Positions 60,219 through 64,000 of a stretch of 64,000 nucleotides of DNA are shown piece by piece. The stretch covers positions 75,762-139,761 of the forward strand of contig CP100319.1 of assembly GCA_029851125.1 (NCBI GenBank), read 5' to 3'. Positions within the stretch are counted from its first letter, which is position 1. The number at the start of each line of letters is the position of its first letter. The notes under the pieces were generated by a model, which did no database searches, was not told the DNA's origin, and saw only the letters and a list, made by a program, of their open reading frames with translations. This DNA is from Candidatus Bostrichicola ureolyticus. GTDB taxonomy: Bacteria; Bacteroidota; Bacteroidia; Flavobacteriales; Blattabacteriaceae. A program made the position numbers and the translations under genes.

Positions 60219-60994
60219 AAAATCGTTTTAAAAATATCGTCAACATTTTTAGTTGTAATAATAGCTATTTCTTCTGAAGAAAGTCCATAAATTTTAGAAA
60301 TTTTATTTAAAATAAACTTTAAGTAAAATGGTTCATTTCGTTTATTTCTATAAGGTTCTGGAGTTAAATAAGGTGCATCAGTTTCCATTACAATAGATTC
60401 TAAAGGAATTTTAGATAAAAAATTATCAATATTATTATTATTATATGTAATAATACCACCTATTCCTAATTTAAGACCCAAATTAATAATTTTATTAGCT
60501 TGTTTTAAAGTTCCAGAAAAACAATGAAATATACCTTTTATAGTAGAATTCGAATATTCTTCTTCAAGAATATTGAAAATTTCATTAAAAGCTTTGCGAG
60601 AATGAATTACTATAGGTAGTTTTTTTTTCTTAGCCCAAGATATTTGAGTAGCAAATGCATATTTTTGTTCATGTAAAAATTGTTTATTCTTATGAAGATC
60701 AATTCCAATTTCACCAATTGCAACAAAATAATGTTTATTAAGCAAATTATTAATTATATCCAATTCTAAATTGATTGTTTTAGGGTGTACATATATTGGA
60801 TGTAATCCTATCATAGGATAACATATATTGTAATATCGTTTTTCTAATTCTAACATTGGTTTAATAGTATTCTTATTAAGAGAAGGAAGATAAAAATGTT
60901 TAATACCAAATTCTAAGCCACGTTTAATTACATTATCTATATCATTCTTAAATTGTTCATCATAAAGATGAACATGAGTATCTATAATATTCAT
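60215..60994 (-). CDS. tatD: TatD-family metal-dependent hydrolase (DNase)
   Basis: Has MNIIDTHVHL, EIGIDL, VIHSR and ETDAPYL motifs, 259 aa. Confidence 0.9.
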   Translation of the reverse strand: MNIIDTHVHLYDEQFKNDIDNVIKRGLEFGIKHFYLPSLNKNTIKPMLELEKRYYNICYPMIGLHPIYVHPKTINLELDIINNLLNKHYFVAIGEIGIDLHKNKQFLHEQKYAFATQISWAKKKKLPIVIHSRKAFNEIFNILEEEYSNSTIKGIFHCFSGTLKQANKIINLGLKLGIGGIITYNNNNIDNFLSKIPLESIVMETDAPYLTPEPYRNKRNEPFYLKFILNKISKIYGLSSEEIAIITTKNVDDIFKTIL

Positions 60995-61030
60995 AAAAAT
61001 TTTTATTTAAAATTAATAAAATTAATAAAT

Positions 61031-61927
61031 ATGAAAGCATACATATTTCCTGGACAAGGTTCTCAATTTCCTGGTATGGGAATATATTTATATAAATATT
61101 ATCCTTTGGCTATAAAATTATTTAATGTAGCTAACAAAATATTAGGATTTGATATTACAAAATATCTATTGGACAAAAAATATGGCCATTATTTAAAATA
61201 TACAAGAATTACTCAACCAGCAATTTATATATATTCTTTTATTGCTTACAAAATATTAAACAAAATATTAAACTGGGTACCAGATATGATAGCTGGACAT
61301 TCGTTAGGAGAATATACTGCTATAACAATAAGTGGAGTATTAGATTTTGAAACATGTTTAAATTTGGTATATAAAAGAGCATTAGCTATGGAAACAGCCT
61401 GTAAAAATATTAAATCTAATATGGCCGCTATATTGGGATTGGAAGATAATTTAATTGAAAATACTTGCAAAGAAGTTTCTGGTATTGTAGTAACTGCTAA
61501 TTATAATTGTAATGGTCAATTAGTAATTTCGGGTGAAACAACAGCAATAAAGAAAACTTGTGAATTATTAATATTAAAAGGAGCTAAAAAAATAATTCTA
61601 CTTCCAGTAGAAGGGGCTTTTCATTCACCTATTATGGAACCAGCACGTGATAAATTAGCCGATTACATTAGCAAACTTGATTTTAAAAATCCTATTTGTC
61701 CTATATATCAAAATATAAATGCTTTAGGAACAACAAATCCTTTCAAAATAAAAGAAAATATTATTAATCAATTAACAAATCCTGTAAAATGGAAACAATC
61801 TGTAGAAAATATGATATCAAATGGTGCAAATATTTTTATAGAAATAGGACCAAGAAATATTTTACAATCTTTAGTAAAAAAGATTAATAAATCTGTATAT
61901 ACACAAAATTTTAAAATATCTCTTTAA
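61031..61927 (+). CDS. fabD: ACP S-malonyltransferase
   Basis: Has MKAYIFPGQGSQFPGMG, the active-site GHSLGEY, and GAFHSP. I take the start at the ATG at 61031; the track's 60953 start lies antisense to tatD. Confidence 0.93.
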   Translation: MKAYIFPGQGSQFPGMGIYLYKYYPLAIKLFNVANKILGFDITKYLLDKKYGHYLKYTRITQPAIYIYSFIAYKILNKILNWVPDMIAGHSLGEYTAITISGVLDFETCLNLVYKRALAMETACKNIKSNMAAILGLEDNLIENTCKEVSGIVVTANYNCNGQLVISGETTAIKKTCELLILKGAKKIILLPVEGAFHSPIMEPARDKLADYISKLDFKNPICPIYQNINALGTTNPFKIKENIINQLTNPVKWKQSVENMISNGANIFIEIGPRNILQSLVKKINKSVYTQNFKISL

Positions 61928-62783
61928 GAATACTATAAATATTATCATGTTTTCCCATAGTGTAATAATGAATAATTTTAACACCAGAATTTATTAATTC
62001 TTTAGATTGTTGAATTGCCCATTCAATACCAATTTTATAAATTGATTGTTCATTTTTAGAGTTATTTATTTCTTTTACTAATTCTTCAGGAATATTAATA
62101 TAAAAGTTAGCAGGTAAAGTATTTAATTGATATTTTGATGATATAGGTTTTATCCCTGGAATTATGGGCACTCTAATACCTACTTTTCTACATTTTTCAA
62201 CAAAATTAAAATATTTTTTGTTATCAAAAAACATCTGAGTAATAATATAGTTTGCTCCAGCTTCAACTTTTTCTTTTAAATATAAAATATCTGTTTCTAG
62301 ATTAGGTGATTCAAAATGTTTTTCTGGATAACCAGCTACACCAATACAGAAATTAGATGAATGTCCACCTTCAATATATATATATTTACCTTTATTTAAA
62401 TAATTTATTTGTTTAACTAAATTTATAGCATGACTATATTTAGTTGAATCTCCTCTTAAAGCAAAAATATTTTCAATTCCTAAAAAATATAAATCAATTA
62501 ATAAATCTTCAATAATTTGTTTATTTAAACAAAGTAAATGAGGTACAGTATCAATATTATATTTATTCATAATGGATGCACAAATACCAATAGTTCCTGG
62601 TCTACGAGATATAAATTCTTTATTTATATGATAAGTAACATTAATAAATGCTGGATTAAATTCTTTTAAAATACTAAGCATATTAAAAATACTATCAAGG
62701 CTCCCTCCTCTTAATGGAGGCAAAATTTCGAAAGAAACTAATGTTTTGTTTTTGGCATTAGCAATATGTTCAATAATTTTCAT
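61911..62783 (-). CDS. metF: methylenetetrahydrofolate reductase [NAD(P)H]
   Basis: A 290-aa ORF with SFEILPPLRGG near the N-terminus and a TIM-barrel MTHFR-like layout (ALRGD, AGANYIITQMFFD). Confidence 0.85.
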   Translation of the reverse strand: MKIIEHIANAKNKTLVSFEILPPLRGGSLDSIFNMLSILKEFNPAFINVTYHINKEFISRRPGTIGICASIMNKYNIDTVPHLLCLNKQIIEDLLIDLYFLGIENIFALRGDSTKYSHAINLVKQINYLNKGKYIYIEGGHSSNFCIGVAGYPEKHFESPNLETDILYLKEKVEAGANYIITQMFFDNKKYFNFVEKCRKVGIRVPIIPGIKPISSKYQLNTLPANFYINIPEELVKEINNSKNEQSIYKIGIEWAIQQSKELINSGVKIIHYYTMGKHDNIYSILKEIF

Positions 62784-62784
62784 A

Positions 62785-64000
62785 TTATTTTAATTTAATT
62801 TGATTAAATCCAGTATAAGGAATTAGAACTTCAGGAATTTTTATATATTTTATCATTTGATTATTTTCTAATAATGCTACTAAAATACGTGGTAAAGCTA
62901 AAGCACTACCATTTAAAGTATGACAATATTTTATATTATTATCTTTTGTACGATAACGTAACTTTAAACGATAACTTTGAAAAGTGTTACAATTAGATAC
63001 TGAACTAACTTCTAACCATTTTTTTTGACCTGCAGCATAAACTTCAAAATCATATGTTATTTCTGCAGTAAATCCAAGTTGTCCACCACATAATCGTAAT
63101 ATTCTGAAAGGTAATTTTAACATTTTTAATATATTTTTAATATGCAAAACCATATCATCTAAAGCTACATAAGAATTTTCATATGTAGTGATTTGAATTA
63201 TTTCTACTTTTTCAAATTGATGAACCCGATTTAATCCTTTAACATTAGAACCATAAGAACCTGCTTCACGTCTAAAACAAGAAGTATGAGTAGTAGCTTT
63301 AATAGGTAGTTCATTATATAAAAAAATTTTATCTCTATAAAAATTCAATAATGGTACTTCACCAGTAGGAATTAAATATAAATTATCTTCTTTAATTTGA
63401 TACATTTGATTTTCTTTATCTGGAAGTTGTCCAGTTGAATAAGCCGATATACTATTAACAAGATATGGAAGATAATATTCAAAATAACCTGATTGAATAT
63501 TTTTATCTAAAAAAAATTGAATTAAACTACGTTGTAATTTTGCACATAACCCAATATAAACGGGAAAACCAGTAGTAGTAATTTTATTACTTAATTCAAA
63601 TAATTCAAATTTTTTAGATAATTCCCAATGTGGAAGCATTATATCTTCATATTTAAAATCTATTTCTTGATATATAATTTCACTTGATGATTTACTGACA
63701 TATTCACTAGGAATATTAGGGATTTGAATCAATTTATCTATTAAGATATTAGTAATATCATTAAGTTTATTTTTAATTTCTTTTATTTTCTTTTTAAGAA
63801 TAACAGATTCATTATATAATAAATTAACATCTTTTTTTTTATTCAGATTTTTTCCTATTTCTTTTGAAAAATTATTAGATTGTTCTAACAAATTATTTAA
63901 TTGTATTTGTGTTTTTTTTTTTTTTTTATCTAAACATAAAATTTCATTAATTAAATTTTTTTTTAAAAAATTACGTTTATCAAGTCCTGATAAAACTTTT
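62785..64000 (-). CDS. serS: serine--tRNA ligase (5' end runs off the window)
   Basis: Has class II motifs (IPTGEVPL, FRREAGS, GSALALPR). The frame stays open upstream of the track's TTG at 63891 to the window edge (...VLSGLDKRNFLKKNLINEILCLDKKKKKTQIQLNNL), passing through an in-frame A16 run (63912-63927). Confidence 0.93.
   Translation of the reverse strand, partial: KVLSGLDKRNFLKKNLINEILCLDKKKKKTQIQLNNLLEQSNNFSKEIGKNLNKKKDVNLLYNESVILKKKIKEIKNKLNDITNILIDKLIQIPNIPSEYVSKSSSEIIYQEIDFKYEDIMLPHWELSKKFELFELSNKITTTGFPVYIGLCAKLQRSLIQFFLDKNIQSGYFEYYLPYLVNSISAYSTGQLPDKENQMYQIKEDNLYLIPTGEVPLLNFYRDKIFLYNELPIKATTHTSCFRREAGSYGSNVKGLNRVHQFEKVEIIQITTYENSYVALDDMVLHIKNILKMLKLPFRILRLCGGQLGFTAEITYDFEVYAAGQKKWLEVSSVSNCNTFQSYRLKLRYRTKDNNIKYCHTLNGSALALPRILVALLENNQMIKYIKIPEVLIPYTGFNQIKLK

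Overview
This window is a gene-dense, extremely A+T-rich stretch of chromosome (roughly four-fifths A+T by eye, not computed). About 60 protein genes and 3 tRNAs are packed with minimal spacers and many start/stop overlaps. The gene content and architecture point to a reduced-genome Flavobacteriales (Bacteroidota) obligate insect endosymbiont, Blattabacterium-like: fused ccoN-ccoO, fused ccsB-ccsA, atpBEFHAG without atpDC, a LepB with an extra N-terminal membrane domain, a DUF3127 protein and a LemA/TPM pair. This assignment is from family recognition only; no search was run. Content is core housekeeping: ribosomal proteins, six aminoacyl-tRNA synthetases (glnS, trpS, pheS, tyrS, serS partial), F-type ATP synthase, a cut-down dcw/mur cluster, DAP-pathway genes, a complete-looking cbb3 oxidase locus with its maturation genes, system II cytochrome c biogenesis, Fe-S carriers, GTPases, and RNA/tRNA modification enzymes. 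I see no mobile elements, CRISPR arrays, prophage, toxin or defence islands, and no rRNA. TGA is used as a stop, so the code looks standard (table 11). I do not find a convincing new multi-gene system. The unusual signals are all slippage-type sequence phenomena: (1) mraY and murD, adjacent peptidoglycan genes, are each frameshifted exactly inside an A11/A12 homopolymer, and both need +1 A to restore frame. (2) The HtrA/DegP protease carries three consecutive perfect in-frame tandem arrays (12, 18 and 21 bp). (3) The last 20 codons plus stop of atpB are present as four perfect 63-bp head-to-tail copies filling the atpB-atpE spacer. Secondary observations are the loss of ftsL/ftsI/ftsW/ftsQAZ/mraZ from the dcw locus, a DnaG lacking all four zinc ligands, a korA without an adjacent korB, no ccoG in the cbb3 locus, a perfect 36-bp palindrome, and pervasive 3' overlaps of convergent genes.
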